Assembly (NCBI GenBank): GCA_916439105.1
Contig: CAKAHN010000001.1
Span: 411,026-475,025, forward strand
Length of the DNA stretch: 64,000 nt
Direction: 5' to 3'
DNA from: an uncultured Lachnoanaerobaculum sp.
Lineage (GTDB): Bacteria > Bacillota > Clostridia > Lachnospirales > Lachnospiraceae
Shown in pieces: positions 31,770 through 41,566 of this stretch. Numbering within the stretch: the first letter of the stretch is position 1; each line of letters starts with the position of its first letter. Below the pieces are notes generated by a model. It ran no database searches. It saw nothing but the letters and a program-made list of their open reading frames with translations, and had not been told where the DNA came from. A program made the position numbers and the translations under genes.

Positions 31770-33899
31770 TTAATGTATCTCCATTATTATTGGCAATATT
31801 ACAGGATTTCTCTTCATCCTCTTCCACAAAAATTCACTTAAAGAATCTCTTACCACATTCTTTATCTTTGACCAATCTATGATTCTGGCATGAAGACAAT
31901 CCGCCACAGCCTCTCTTACGACTGCACTCGCCTCGTTCATCAAATCGGTAGACTCTCTTACATATACGAAACCTCTGGAAACTATATCCGGGCCCGAAAG
32001 AAGTCTGTTCGTTCCATGTTCAAGACTCATTGCCACTATTATTATACCATTTTGTGACAAACTTTGCCTATCACGAAGCACAATATTTCCTACATCACCT
32101 ACTCCAAGACCGTCAACAAAGACACCGCCGGCCTCTACATGGCCTGTTATCTTACATGAATCCTCACTAAGTTCGACCACATCACCGCTTGACATAATAA
32201 GTACATTTTCACTTGGAATACCTACAGCCTCTGCAAGTCCTTTTCCTGCCATAAGATGCCTGTACTCTCCATGCACCGGCAAAGCAAACTTAGGCTTTAA
32301 CAGTGAATACATAAGTTTGATTTCTTCTTGGCATGCGTGACCTGATACATGAGTATCCTGGAAGATAACCTCTGCTCCCTTCATTGAAAGCTCATTTATA
32401 ACCTTTGACACAGCCTTTTCATTTCCGGGAATAGGAGTTGAACTCATTATAACAACATCTTCCGGTACTATTTCCACTTTTCTGTGGATTGATGAAGCCA
32501 TTCTTGAAAGAGCCGCCATAGACTCGCCCTGACTTCCCGTTGTAATAATAACGGTCTTTTCAAGCGGATAGTCCTTCAGATGGTCTATATCTATGAGTGT
32601 TCCTTCAGGAATATCTATATATCCAAGTTCAGCGGCAGTTCCGATAACATTTACCATGCTTCGTCCCTCTACCACTACTTTTCTGTCATATTTATATGCG
32701 GTATTTATTATCTGCTGCACTCTGTCCACATTTGAAGCAAAGGTGGCAACTATAATTCTGCTGTCTCTATGCTCTGCAAATATCAAATCAAAAGTCTTTC
32801 CGACAGTTCTCTCAGACATAGTAAATCCCGGTCTTGTAGCATTGGTGGAATCTGAAAGCATGGCAAGACAGCCTGCCTTACCGATTTCAGCCATTCTTCC
32901 AAGATCTGCCGGATCTCCGAATACAGGTGTATAGTCCACCTTAAAGTCTCCGGTGTGGAATATTGTACCTGCAGGTGTAAATATGGCCAGTGATGCCGCG
33001 TCTGCAATAGAGTGATTTGTCTTTACAAACTCTACCTTAAAGTCACCAAGACCTACAGTATCACCGTATTTAACTATATGAAGCTTTGCAGTGTCATCTA
33101 TCTGATGTTCTTTTAGCTTCTTTTCAATCAAGGCGCAGGTCAGTCTTGTACCGTATACAGGTACATTAAGCTGCTTTAAAATGTAAGGCAGGGCACCGAT
33201 ATGATCCTCATGACCATGAGTTATACAAAATCCCTTTACCTTAAGATAATTATCCTTCAAATATGTGATATCAGGAATTACCAGATCTATTCCGAGCATA
33301 TCATCACTTGGGAATGCAAGTCCGCAATCCACTACCATAATGCTGTCATCATATTCAAAGGCTGTAATATTCATACCGATCTGCTCAAGTCCTCCAAGAG
33401 GTATGATCTTTACCTTTTTATTGCTCTTTTTCGGCGCTCTGCCTTTTCTTTTTTTATTGGTGTTTTCCATCAAAATGCTTGATACCTGCTCAGCCAAAGA
33501 AGGAACATTTTTATCTGCCGGTCCCACATATCTTGCCTTACTTTTCTTTGCATCCGCACTCTGAACTTCCTTGCTCTCTGTCACTTCTTTAGTATTCTCT
33601 GCAGTCTTTGTCTTTTTACTTGCAGTCTTTTTTGTCTGCTTTTTTTCCGCTGTTTTATTTTCTTCTACAGCTTTTGCAGATGTTTCTGAAGTTTTCTCCT
33701 TTGCAGAAGTTTTCTTTTGACCCGTAGTTTTTTTAGCTCCCTGCTCATGCTTTAATCTGGCATTTACGGTTTTTTCTTTTTTTACTTTCTTTTCCTGTGC
33801 ACTCTCACTCTTTTCATTTGCACTCGCTTCACTTAATTCCTTGCTTTCCTGCATTATTCTTTGCATATTAAGCAACGGATTTTTCTCATTCTCGTTCAA
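31770..33899 (-). CDS. rnj: Ribonuclease J with a long Lys/Glu-rich N-terminal extension
   Basis: PLGGLEQIGMN, THGHEDHIG, HTGDFK, HVSGHA, PVHGE. Confidence 0.96.
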   Translation of the reverse strand: MNENEKNPLLNMQRIMQESKELSEASANEKSESAQEKKVKKEKTVNARLKHEQGAKKTTGQKKTSAKEKTSETSAKAVEENKTAEKKQTKKTASKKTKTAENTKEVTESKEVQSADAKKSKARYVGPADKNVPSLAEQVSSILMENTNKKRKGRAPKKSNKKVKIIPLGGLEQIGMNITAFEYDDSIMVVDCGLAFPSDDMLGIDLVIPDITYLKDNYLKVKGFCITHGHEDHIGALPYILKQLNVPVYGTRLTCALIEKKLKEHQIDDTAKLHIVKYGDTVGLGDFKVEFVKTNHSIADAASLAIFTPAGTIFHTGDFKVDYTPVFGDPADLGRMAEIGKAGCLAMLSDSTNATRPGFTMSERTVGKTFDLIFAEHRDSRIIVATFASNVDRVQQIINTAYKYDRKVVVEGRSMVNVIGTAAELGYIDIPEGTLIDIDHLKDYPLEKTVIITTGSQGESMAALSRMASSIHRKVEIVPEDVVIMSSTPIPGNEKAVSKVINELSMKGAEVIFQDTHVSGHACQEEIKLMYSLLKPKFALPVHGEYRHLMAGKGLAEAVGIPSENVLIMSSGDVVELSEDSCKITGHVEAGGVFVDGLGVGDVGNIVLRDRQSLSQNGIIIVAMSLEHGTNRLLSGPDIVSRGFVYVRESTDLMNEASAVVREAVADCLHARIIDWSKIKNVVRDSLSEFLWKRMKRNPVILPIIMEIH

Positions 33900-33960
33900 A
33901 TTTCATTCCTTTCTAACTTATATTTATATATTCACATAATGATTATCGTTATAAGATAAC

Positions 33961-34230
33961 TCATTTTATAATTTCCACATCATCATCCATCATACTTTGG
34001 AATATTTCAAATACAGCATCCAGCTCTTTATCATCCTCTACAAATATATAATTTGCCTCAGTATCATCCTCGGCTGAAATATCCTTCATAATATAACAAT
34101 CTCCGCTTTCATCATCGGGACTGTCTGTAACCAGTATATAGCTTACGCCGTTTAACTTGGTCTCGTCTATTATTGTAAAGTCGATATTTTCTCCATCCTC
34201 TGTTACAAAATGTATACTATTATTGTCCAT
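33961..34230 (-). CDS. DUF1292 domain protein
   Basis: Small acidic protein in its conserved position after ruvX. Confidence 0.85.
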   Translation of the reverse strand: MDNNSIHFVTEDGENIDFTIIDETKLNGVSYILVTDSPDDESGDCYIMKDISAEDDTEANYIFVEDDKELDAVFEIFQSMMDDDVEIIK

Positions 34231-34651
34231 TTTCTTTCTCCATATATTCTTTCAAAATAATACTTGCCGCAATTTGATCTATAAATTGTTTTCTATCCTG
34301 CTTTTTTACACCTGATTCGTCAAGTATTTCATCCGCCTCTTTTGTGGTAAGCCTTTCATCCTGCATTATAATGGGAATGTCCACTCTTGACTTCAGCTTC
34401 TCTACAAATTCCAAAGTAAGAGCAACTCTTTCCCCGCTGCCACCATCCATATTCACCGGCAAACCTACTACTATTTTCTTTATATCTTTCTCTTTAACAA
34501 TCTCCGCTATTCTTGCCAGAGATCTTCTGAGTTTATTTTCCGCATTTCGTTCTATGGTTTCAAACGGCTGTGCAGTAAGCCCCAATGCATCGCTTATAGC
34601 CACGCCAATGGTCTTTGAACCATAATCAAGTCCCATGATTCTTTCTTTCAA
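34220..34651 (-). CDS. ruvX: Holliday junction resolvase-like protein RuvX/YqgF
   Basis: MGLDYGSKTIGVAISD, VVGLP, DERLTT, IDQIAA; TTG start after GAGG. Confidence 0.95.
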   Translation of the reverse strand: MKERIMGLDYGSKTIGVAISDALGLTAQPFETIERNAENKLRRSLARIAEIVKEKDIKKIVVGLPVNMDGGSGERVALTLEFVEKLKSRVDIPIIMQDERLTTKEADEILDESGVKKQDRKQFIDQIAASIILKEYMEKENGQ

Positions 34652-34676
34652 ATTTACCTCTAAACTTTCAATATAT

Positions 34677-34708
34677 AAAAAGAAGTCTACCACCAAAGCA
34701 AACTTCTT
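34677..34708 (-). terminator. Terminator-like hairpin between ireB and ruvX
   Basis: Minus strand AAGAAGTTTGC-TTTGGTG-GTAGACTTCTTTTT. Confidence 0.6.
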
Positions 34709-34805
34709 CATACATCTTATCTCATACCTTTAAATATGTTTTGTTGTATGACCCAGCCCCAGAAGGTCCATCACGCGGCTTGATGAGATTCTATCTCAAA
34801 AAAGT

Positions 34806-35063
34806 TTAGCTAAGATTTTTTTCAATATAGCTCTTTAATAACTCTTCGACTATCTCATCACGCTCTACTTTCATGATAAGACTTCTTGCACTCTTATGAC
34901 TTGTGATATATGTCGGATCTCCTGACATCACATAGCCAACAATCTGATTCAACGGATCATATCCTTTTTCTGTCAAAGCTTCATACACAAGCTTTAAAAC
35001 TTCATTTACATCCATCTTATTTTCTTGTACTGCCCTAAAATATTGTGTATTTTGAACATCCAT
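34806..35063 (-). CDS. IreB/ReoM family regulatory phosphoprotein
   Basis: [31 protein letters not shown]. Confidence 0.95.
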   Translation of the reverse strand: MDVQNTQYFRAVQENKMDVNEVLKLVYEALTEKGYDPLNQIVGYVMSGDPTYITSHKSARSLIMKVERDEIVEELLKSYIEKNLS

Positions 35064-35159
35064 ATCATCACGCTTCCTTTTCTAATAATATTGATTTTAT
35101 ACGATTACAGCTTATATTGCAATATTATTTTTTCTTATTATAAATTAAAGAATTAATAT

Positions 35160-36533
35160 CTATTGTTTTTCAAGCAATAAAATATCATCTGTAAGGAAAT
35201 CCGTTATTCTACCCTTTACTATATCATTAGTCTTTAAATCACTTTTTAAAACAGCAATCTTTACATATTCTTTAGTATATCCGGTAAAATACTCTACTCC
35301 GTCTTTTACAAAAATCTCCTCACAAAGCAGCTCATCTTCTTTACCTATCCTCAAAGCTCTAAACTCTTTTTGATTGTTCAGATTTATTTCATTTAAAACA
35401 TTTGCTCTACGAACCTTTTCATTCCCGTCTACCTGAGGCATATTTGCCGCTTTTGTGCCTTCTCTTATGGAATAGGGGAAGATATGTGTCTCATAGAATT
35501 TCACCTTTTCTACAAAAGCTTTACTCTCTTCAAAGTCTGTATTTGTTTCTCCGGGAAATCCAACAATAATATCTGTAGTAATGGCAGGTGAATCAAAATA
35601 TTTTCTTATAAGCTTCACTCCCTCATAAAACTCATCGGCAGTATACTTTCTGTTCATACTTTTTAGAGTCTTATCACAACCGCTTTGTAAACTTAAATGA
35701 AAATGAGGGCAAAACTTATCTATTTTGCTAAGACTTTTAATAAAGTTTTCCTGTATAATTCTTGGCTCCAAAGAACCTATTCGTACTCTCTCTATTCCCT
35801 CTATATTTGCAATATTTTCTATCAGACAAAGAAGCTCATTCTTGGTAACAAATTCCTCATCACTTTCCTCAGTCTGTGTGAGTTTTTCCATTCTCTTATT
35901 ATAGGACTCATCCAAAAAGTCCACTCCATATGATGAGAGATGTATCCCTGTAAGTACTATTTCCTTATATCCCGAAGCAGACAAGTTTTTCACCTCATCA
36001 ATTATATTTTCCATCTTTCTGCTTCTTACCCTACCTCTTGTAAAAGGGATAATACAGTATGAACAAAACTGATTGCATCCGTCCTGAACTTTTATAAAAG
36101 CTCTGGTGTGATCATTTATTTTACTTATGTTAAACTCTTCATATTCTGTTTCTTTGTTTATATCAATAATAAATTTGTTTTTGATTTTATCCTTCAAATA
36201 TTCATTTATTATATTTACAATCTCATTTTTATTATTGTTTCCCACTATTATATCTATACTGAGATCTTCATCTATCTTATTTTTTGCGGACTCCACATAA
36301 CATCCTGCCGCCACAACTATAGCATCTTCATTCATCTTTCTGGCTCTGTGAAGCATCTGTCTGGATTTTCTGTCAGCAATATTTGTGACAGAGCAGGTAT
36401 TTATTATATAGACATCCGCTCTTTCTCCAAACTCCACACAACTATAGCCTGCGGCCTCCATAAGTTGCTGCATAGCCTCTGTCTCATATGTATTTACTTT
36501 ACAGCCAAGTGTATGAAACGCAACTGTTTTCAT
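35160..36533 (-). CDS. mtaB: tRNA t6A37 methylthiotransferase MtaB
   Basis: TLGCKVNTYE, INTCSVT; radical SAM motif CNQFCSYC; IIVGFPGET. Confidence 0.94.
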   Translation of the reverse strand: MKTVAFHTLGCKVNTYETEAMQQLMEAAGYSCVEFGERADVYIINTCSVTNIADRKSRQMLHRARKMNEDAIVVAAGCYVESAKNKIDEDLSIDIIVGNNNKNEIVNIINEYLKDKIKNKFIIDINKETEYEEFNISKINDHTRAFIKVQDGCNQFCSYCIIPFTRGRVRSRKMENIIDEVKNLSASGYKEIVLTGIHLSSYGVDFLDESYNKRMEKLTQTEESDEEFVTKNELLCLIENIANIEGIERVRIGSLEPRIIQENFIKSLSKIDKFCPHFHLSLQSGCDKTLKSMNRKYTADEFYEGVKLIRKYFDSPAITTDIIVGFPGETNTDFEESKAFVEKVKFYETHIFPYSIREGTKAANMPQVDGNEKVRRANVLNEINLNNQKEFRALRIGKEDELLCEEIFVKDGVEYFTGYTKEYVKIAVLKSDLKTNDIVKGRITDFLTDDILLLEKQ

Positions 36534-36668
36534 AAAAAACCTTTCTAACTTATCAAATGTCATTGACTTTATTTTAAAATTTATATAGGATATACATAGA
36601 ATTAAATGTACAAATACATAAAAGTATCTGCTGCATTTATCACAATATTTTTTACCATGGAGGATTAT

Positions 36669-36902
36669 ATGAAAACAGTTCAAATTTCCCTTAATTCTAT
36701 TGACAAAGTAAAGTCATTTGTAAATGAATTAGCTAAGTACGATGTAGACTTTGACTTGGTTTCAGGAAGATATGTTATAGATGCAAAATCAATAATGGGT
36801 ATCTTCAGCTTGGATCTGTCAAAGCCGATCGATCTTAACATTCACGCAGAGGATAATGTAGAGCAGATAATTGAGGCACTCTCTCCATATATCATCAAAT
36901 AA
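36669..36902 (+). CDS. HPr-family protein lacking His15
   Basis: DAKSIMGIFSLDL (Ser46 region); GGAGG RBS. Confidence 0.88.
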   Translation: MKTVQISLNSIDKVKSFVNELAKYDVDFDLVSGRYVIDAKSIMGIFSLDLSKPIDLNIHAEDNVEQIIEALSPYIIK

Positions 36903-36913
36903 TTTATTTTTCA

Positions 36914-36939
36914 ATTCCGGCAGGATTACCTGCCGGAAT
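36914..36939. terminator. Terminator between the convergent HPr-like and thiI genes
   Basis: ATTCCGGCAGG-ATTA-CCTGCCGGAAT perfect stem. Confidence 0.85.
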
Positions 36940-36947
36940 CTTTTATT

Positions 36948-38132
36948 TCAGGCTTTCACCAAGATTCTTTCCTTTGTTTCCATGGCCTTTTCCATAAGCT
37001 CATCTATGATTCCTTCAAGCTTTTCTTCAGACCTTTCTATATTTTCCAAAACAGGCTTGGTCACCGGATGCTTTGCCACAAATATTGTACAGCAGTCCTC
37101 ATATGGCTGTATGGATGTCTCATAAGTACCTATTTTTTCTGAGATCTCAACTATTTCCTGCTTATCAAAGCCTATAAGAGGTCTGAATACAGGCAAAGTG
37201 GCCGCCGCATCTGTAGTAAGTAAAGACTGTATTGTCTGAGAAGCCACCTGTCCTATACTCTCACCTGTAATAAGCGCCTGATCTCCGTTTTCCACAGCGA
37301 TTCTTTCAGCCAGCTTCATCATATATCTTCTCATAATAATAGTAAGCTCATCATGTGGACAATGCTCATATATTGCAAGCTGTATATCTGTAAAATTGAT
37401 TATATGTAAATTTAGCGGCCCGGTATATTTTGAAACCAGCTCCGCAAGCTCTATAACCTTTCTCTTGGCTCTCTCTGAGGTATAAGGCGGTGCATGGAAA
37501 TATACAGCCTCTACTCTTACTCCTCTTTTTGCTATCATATATCCCGCAACAGGTGAATCTATACCACCGGAAAGTAAAAGCATGGCACTTCCGTTTGTGC
37601 CGATAGGCATTCCGCCCGGTCCCGGTATTTCAACTGAGTATATATTGATATACGTTCTGATTTCAACCTTTATAAGTACATCAGGCTTCCTTACATTTAC
37701 CTTTATTTCAGGAAATGCATTTAAAATCACCTCTCCAAGCTCTGCATTGATGCTCTCTGATGTTCCCGGGAAGCTCTTGTCGGCTCTTCTAGTATCTACC
37801 TTGAAAGTAAAATTCTTATCAGGATATACCGCATCCACATATTCTACCACCTTTACTTTAAGGTTTTCATAATCCTTTGATTCTATTCTGACCATTGGAC
37901 AAATACCGACTATACCGAATACCTTACTGAGTCTGTCAACCGCTTCCTCATAGTCATATTCTCCGTCCATATCCACATATATTCTTCCAAGCTCCTTGGA
38001 TACAGAAAACTTGCCTTCTACTTCTTTTAAGGCAGTTCTTATCTGTTTCATAAGGGCATCTTCAAACATATATCTGTTTTTACCCTTTACACCTATCTCA
38101 CCGTATTTAATTAAAAATGATTTGTACTTCAT
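36948..38132 (-). CDS. thiI: tRNA 4-thiouridine synthase ThiI (no rhodanese domain)
   Basis: KYGEIGVKGKNR, LLSGGIDSPVA, GQVASQT, EDCC. Confidence 0.96.
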   Translation of the reverse strand: MKYKSFLIKYGEIGVKGKNRYMFEDALMKQIRTALKEVEGKFSVSKELGRIYVDMDGEYDYEEAVDRLSKVFGIVGICPMVRIESKDYENLKVKVVEYVDAVYPDKNFTFKVDTRRADKSFPGTSESINAELGEVILNAFPEIKVNVRKPDVLIKVEIRTYINIYSVEIPGPGGMPIGTNGSAMLLLSGGIDSPVAGYMIAKRGVRVEAVYFHAPPYTSERAKRKVIELAELVSKYTGPLNLHIINFTDIQLAIYEHCPHDELTIIMRRYMMKLAERIAVENGDQALITGESIGQVASQTIQSLLTTDAAATLPVFRPLIGFDKQEIVEISEKIGTYETSIQPYEDCCTIFVAKHPVTKPVLENIERSEEKLEGIIDELMEKAMETKERILVKA

Positions 38133-39286
38133 TATTTCCTCACAAATTTTCTAAGAAGCGGCAAAAGTTCTTTTAAATTCTTTATGAAATAGTCAGCCTC
38201 TTCCTTATTATTAAGCTCCGACAAAGAGATTCTTATTGTAGCGTCCAAAAGATCATCTCTTACACCTATAGCCTTCAATGTACCTGATATGCCCGGATGA
38301 TTTGATGAACAAGCCGAACCGCTTGAAACATAAATCCCTCTATCTTCCAAAGCGTGCAATAAAACTTCCGCACGAATATCTTCAAATGAAACACTTATGA
38401 CCTGAGGTGCAAAATTTTCACCCCTGCCTGTATTCAAAATCGCACCTTCCAATTTTTCAAGCTCATCCATCAAATAGTATTTCAAATCTGATATCTTATT
38501 TATTCTATCATCAAAATTGTCATAGGCTTCCTTTGCGGCGACTCCCATTCCGGCAATTCCGGTAGTATTTAGCGTTCCGCTTCTCATGCCTCTTTGATGT
38601 CCGCCTCCAAAAATTATAGGATATATTTTCACATTGCTGTCAATATATAAAAATCCAACACCCTTTGGCCCATGAAACTTATGGCCTGATGCGGAAAGCA
38701 TGTCAATTCCCTGTGATTTCGGATTTATTCTTAGCTTTGTATAGGCCTGTATTGCATCTACATGAAATAATATATCTTTATTTTTAGCTTTTATTATCCT
38801 TGAAATTTCTTCTACAGGTTCTATAGCCCCCATTTCATTATTTACATACATTACGGACACCAAGACAGTGTCATCTCTGAGAGTTGACTTTAATAATTCA
38901 AGGTCCACCTGTCCTTCACTGTTTACGGGAAGCACTGAAAGTTCAAACCCCTGTTCAGTCAAAAATTCAGCAGGTCTGTATACCGCAGGATGCTCAATTC
39001 CCGATATTATTATATGTTTTCCGTACCTTTTCCTGCTCATGGCACCACCGATAAGTGCCATATTATTGGATTCCGTACCGCCTGAAGTAAAGATAATTTC
39101 GCCTTTTTTTACCTTTAAAGTCTTTGCTATAATATCCGCCGCATCTTTTACATAGCTCTCAGCTTCCACACTTTTTATATGCTTACCGCTTGTGTTGGCA
39201 TAATCGTCCCTCATGGTCTTTAGCATTATTTCTATGGCCTTTTCGCTTACCTTTGTAGAGGCCGAATTGTCAAAATATACGTCCAT
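38132..39286 (-). CDS. Cysteine desulfurase (NifZ/IscS-like partner of ThiI)
   Basis: YFDNSAST, SGHKFHGPKG, SSGSACSS. Confidence 0.94.
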   Translation of the reverse strand: MDVYFDNSASTKVSEKAIEIMLKTMRDDYANTSGKHIKSVEAESYVKDAADIIAKTLKVKKGEIIFTSGGTESNNMALIGGAMSRKRYGKHIIISGIEHPAVYRPAEFLTEQGFELSVLPVNSEGQVDLELLKSTLRDDTVLVSVMYVNNEMGAIEPVEEISRIIKAKNKDILFHVDAIQAYTKLRINPKSQGIDMLSASGHKFHGPKGVGFLYIDSNVKIYPIIFGGGHQRGMRSGTLNTTGIAGMGVAAKEAYDNFDDRINKISDLKYYLMDELEKLEGAILNTGRGENFAPQVISVSFEDIRAEVLLHALEDRGIYVSSGSACSSNHPGISGTLKAIGVRDDLLDATIRISLSELNNKEEADYFIKNLKELLPLLRKFVRK

Positions 39287-40024
39287 CTATTCATCTTCCA
39301 ATCTGATCATTATATTGCTGAGTAATGCAAGTCCGGCAGTCTCAGTTCTGAGTATTCTTTTTCCAAGCGTAATAACTTCAAAGCCCGAATCTTTTATTTT
39401 TTCAACTTCCGACTCTTCAAAACCGCCCTCAGGACCTATAAAGATAGCGATATTTTTCGTTTTATCCATACTGTCCAGTATTTTTCTGGTCTTTTCTATT
39501 CCGTCTGCATTCTCATAGGGTATTAATTTTACACCAAAATCCTTTACAATTTCAAGTGCATTATCTATGGACATAGGTTCAGATACTTTCGGTATAATAC
39601 TTCTTTTTGACTGTTTTGCGGCACTCTCTGCAATTGCATTCCATCTGTTTGCCTTTGATGCCTGCTTTTTTTCTTCTATCTTTACTACAACACGCTTTGT
39701 TTTTACCGGTATTATTTCACTTACCCCCAGCTCAACAGACTTTTGTATTATCATCTCGAGTTTATCAGACTTCGGAATTCCCTGAAGCAGGGTGATATTT
39801 ACAGGTAACTCTCTTTGCTCCATACTCTCCAAAACCTTAAGCTTAACTTTATTTTCTTCTATCGCCTCTATTTTGCAAAGATAATCCCAGTCTCCTTTGA
39901 CACTGATAAGCAGCTCTTCACCCGTTTTCATTCTCAGTACATTTACTATATGATTGACATCACTGCCTTCTATATACGCATTTTCTCCGTTTATCTGCTC
40001 TTCAGAAACAAAAAAATGATACAT
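39287..40024 (-). CDS. rsmE: 16S rRNA m3U1498 methyltransferase RsmE
   Basis: HIVNVLR, IGPEGGF, LGKRILRTETA. Confidence 0.96.
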   Translation of the reverse strand: MYHFFVSEEQINGENAYIEGSDVNHIVNVLRMKTGEELLISVKGDWDYLCKIEAIEENKVKLKVLESMEQRELPVNITLLQGIPKSDKLEMIIQKSVELGVSEIIPVKTKRVVVKIEEKKQASKANRWNAIAESAAKQSKRSIIPKVSEPMSIDNALEIVKDFGVKLIPYENADGIEKTRKILDSMDKTKNIAIFIGPEGGFEESEVEKIKDSGFEVITLGKRILRTETAGLALLSNIMIRLEDE

Positions 40025-40989
40025 TTATTCCCTCTTTTTTGCTACTATACTTACCCATTCTCCAAGATGATTTATTTCAAGGATTTCAAAATCCTCACTC
40101 TTTTTAAAGGCAAGTACCACATCAGCTTCTTTTGTATCTATTATTCCCGATGTAATAAATATTCCGCCTTTTCTCATATGCTTTGCTACAGTCTTTATAA
40201 GCTCTATTATAACAGGAGCCAAAATATTGGCTGTCACTATATCAAACTTTTCATAACCTGCCAGCTCCATCACATTTTCATCTGTAATAATATCTCCGCA
40301 TACCGCCACAAAGTCAGTCATTCCTATCTCATTGCTGATCATATTTTCCATAACAGCCTCAATTGCCATATCATCAAGATCTGTTCCAAAAACACATTCC
40401 GCACCCAGCTTAAGCGCCGCAATGCCAAGGATTCCGCTTCCGGTACCTACATCCAATACCCTGACATTTTCCCTGTTCTTTAAATATTTTTCAAGAGCAA
40501 GTATACAAAGCTTGGTAGTCTCATGTGCTCCTGTACCGAAGGCCGTTCCCGGATCTATCTGTATTAGTGTCTTATATTTTGCATCCTCAGGTATCTCTTC
40601 CCATGTAGGCTTTATAAGGATATCTCCAACATAGAAAGGCTTAAAATACTGCTTCCAGTTGTTTATCCAGTCTTTATCTTCGGTCTCCGACTTTATAAGT
40701 ACACCGTCACCGATATCGCAAACTCTTTAAGCTCATCCAATGTGACTTTTATATCTTCCAAGAGCTTTGTATTGTCGGCGTCCGCATCCAGATAAAAGCT
40801 TACCTTTGCTATTCCCTCATCCTCCGGTAACTCCGGTAAAAAATCTATAAACATTCCCTTTGTTTCTTCTGCAGTTAAAGGTACATTATCTTCTATTTCA
40901 ATACCTTCCACACCTATATCCCCAAGTGATGCGCTCAAAATATCCACCGCATCAGTCTTTGTGATAAGAGTATACTTCTCCCACTTCAT
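40025..40989 (-). CDS. prmA: Ribosomal protein L11 methyltransferase PrmA (frameshift near 40710)
   Basis: DWINNWKQYFKP and IDPGTAFGTGAHETT read on the minus strand at about 40520-40680; LDVGTGSGILGI, ANILA. Confidence 0.95.
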
Positions 40990-41008
40990 ATAATTACTCC
41001 TCAACATA

Positions 41009-41202
41009 AGTAGAATTTTGATTTTCCAATCCTAAACGCAGCTGTGCTTAAAAGCTTCGCAGGATTTTACGCAGCCTGCGGAACTCGTTTGTTCGCTTGG
41101 AAAACAGCGAACTGCACTCAAACAAGTCCTCGGCAGCTGAATCCTGTCTCGCTTTTTCGCACAGCTAAACGCTACAAGGATTGTAAAATCAAAGCATCTA
41201 CT
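41009..41202. other. 194-nt rod-like imperfect inverted repeat (REP/MITE-like element or structured RNA)
   Basis: Nested pairings AGTAGA/TCTACT, TTTGATTTTCCAATCCT/AGGATTGTAAAATCAAA, AGCTGTGC/GCACAGCT, AAAAGC/GCTTTT, CAGGATT/AATCCTG; GC-richer than its flanks. Confidence 0.75.
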
Positions 41203-41249
41203 AAATTAATTCTATTTTATATATTTTTGTAGTGTATATATGTATAATA

Positions 41250-41288
41250 GAATAACAGGGTCACCACGAAGTGGCAACCCTGTTATTC
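41250..41288 (-). terminator. rpmF terminator
   Basis: GAATAACAGGGT-CACCAC-GAA-GTGGCA-ACCCTGTTATTC. Confidence 0.8.
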
Positions 41289-41317
41289 CAATCAGTAAAA
41301 CTTATAGATACTAACTA

Positions 41318-41497
41318 TTAGTCTACTGTTACTATTTCACGCTTGTTATATGAACCACATGCCTTACAAACTCTATGAGGAAGCATTAACTCTCCACACT
41401 TTGGACATTTTACAAGACTTGTAGCTGACATCTTCCAGTTAGCTCTTCTCTTATCTCTTCTACCACGAGATGTTTTATTCTTTGGACAAATTGACAT
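41318..41497 (-). CDS. rpmF: 50S ribosomal protein L32 (zinc-ribbon form)
   Basis: Missing from the ORF track (59 aa): MSICPKNKTSRGRRDKRRANWKMSATSLVKCPKCGELMLPHRVCKACGSYNKREIVTVD; AAGGAGGTG RBS. Confidence 0.97.
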   Translation of the reverse strand: MSICPKNKTSRGRRDKRRANWKMSATSLVKCPKCGELMLPHRVCKACGSYNKREIVTVD

Positions 41498-41566
41498 TCT
41501 TTCACCTCCTTATCTCGAGTCACAAAACTTTAATAATTATAATAGCAAAGGTTTTACTTGTCAATA

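Noticed and set aside
34760..34805. Hammerhead or HDV-like ribozyme (TTGATGAG-stem-AAAA on +)
   Set aside because: The core deviates from CUGAUGA...GAAA, and I could not build stems I/III or the HDV double pseudoknot.
39815..40483. 222-aa plus-strand ORF and other long antisense ORFs (for example 36108-36548, 21889-22311)
   Set aside because: They are shadows of well-supported minus-strand genes and have no recognisable motifs.
41044..41232. 62-aa ORF upstream of prmA
   Set aside because: It lies within the inverted-repeat element and has no RBS, so it is probably incidental.
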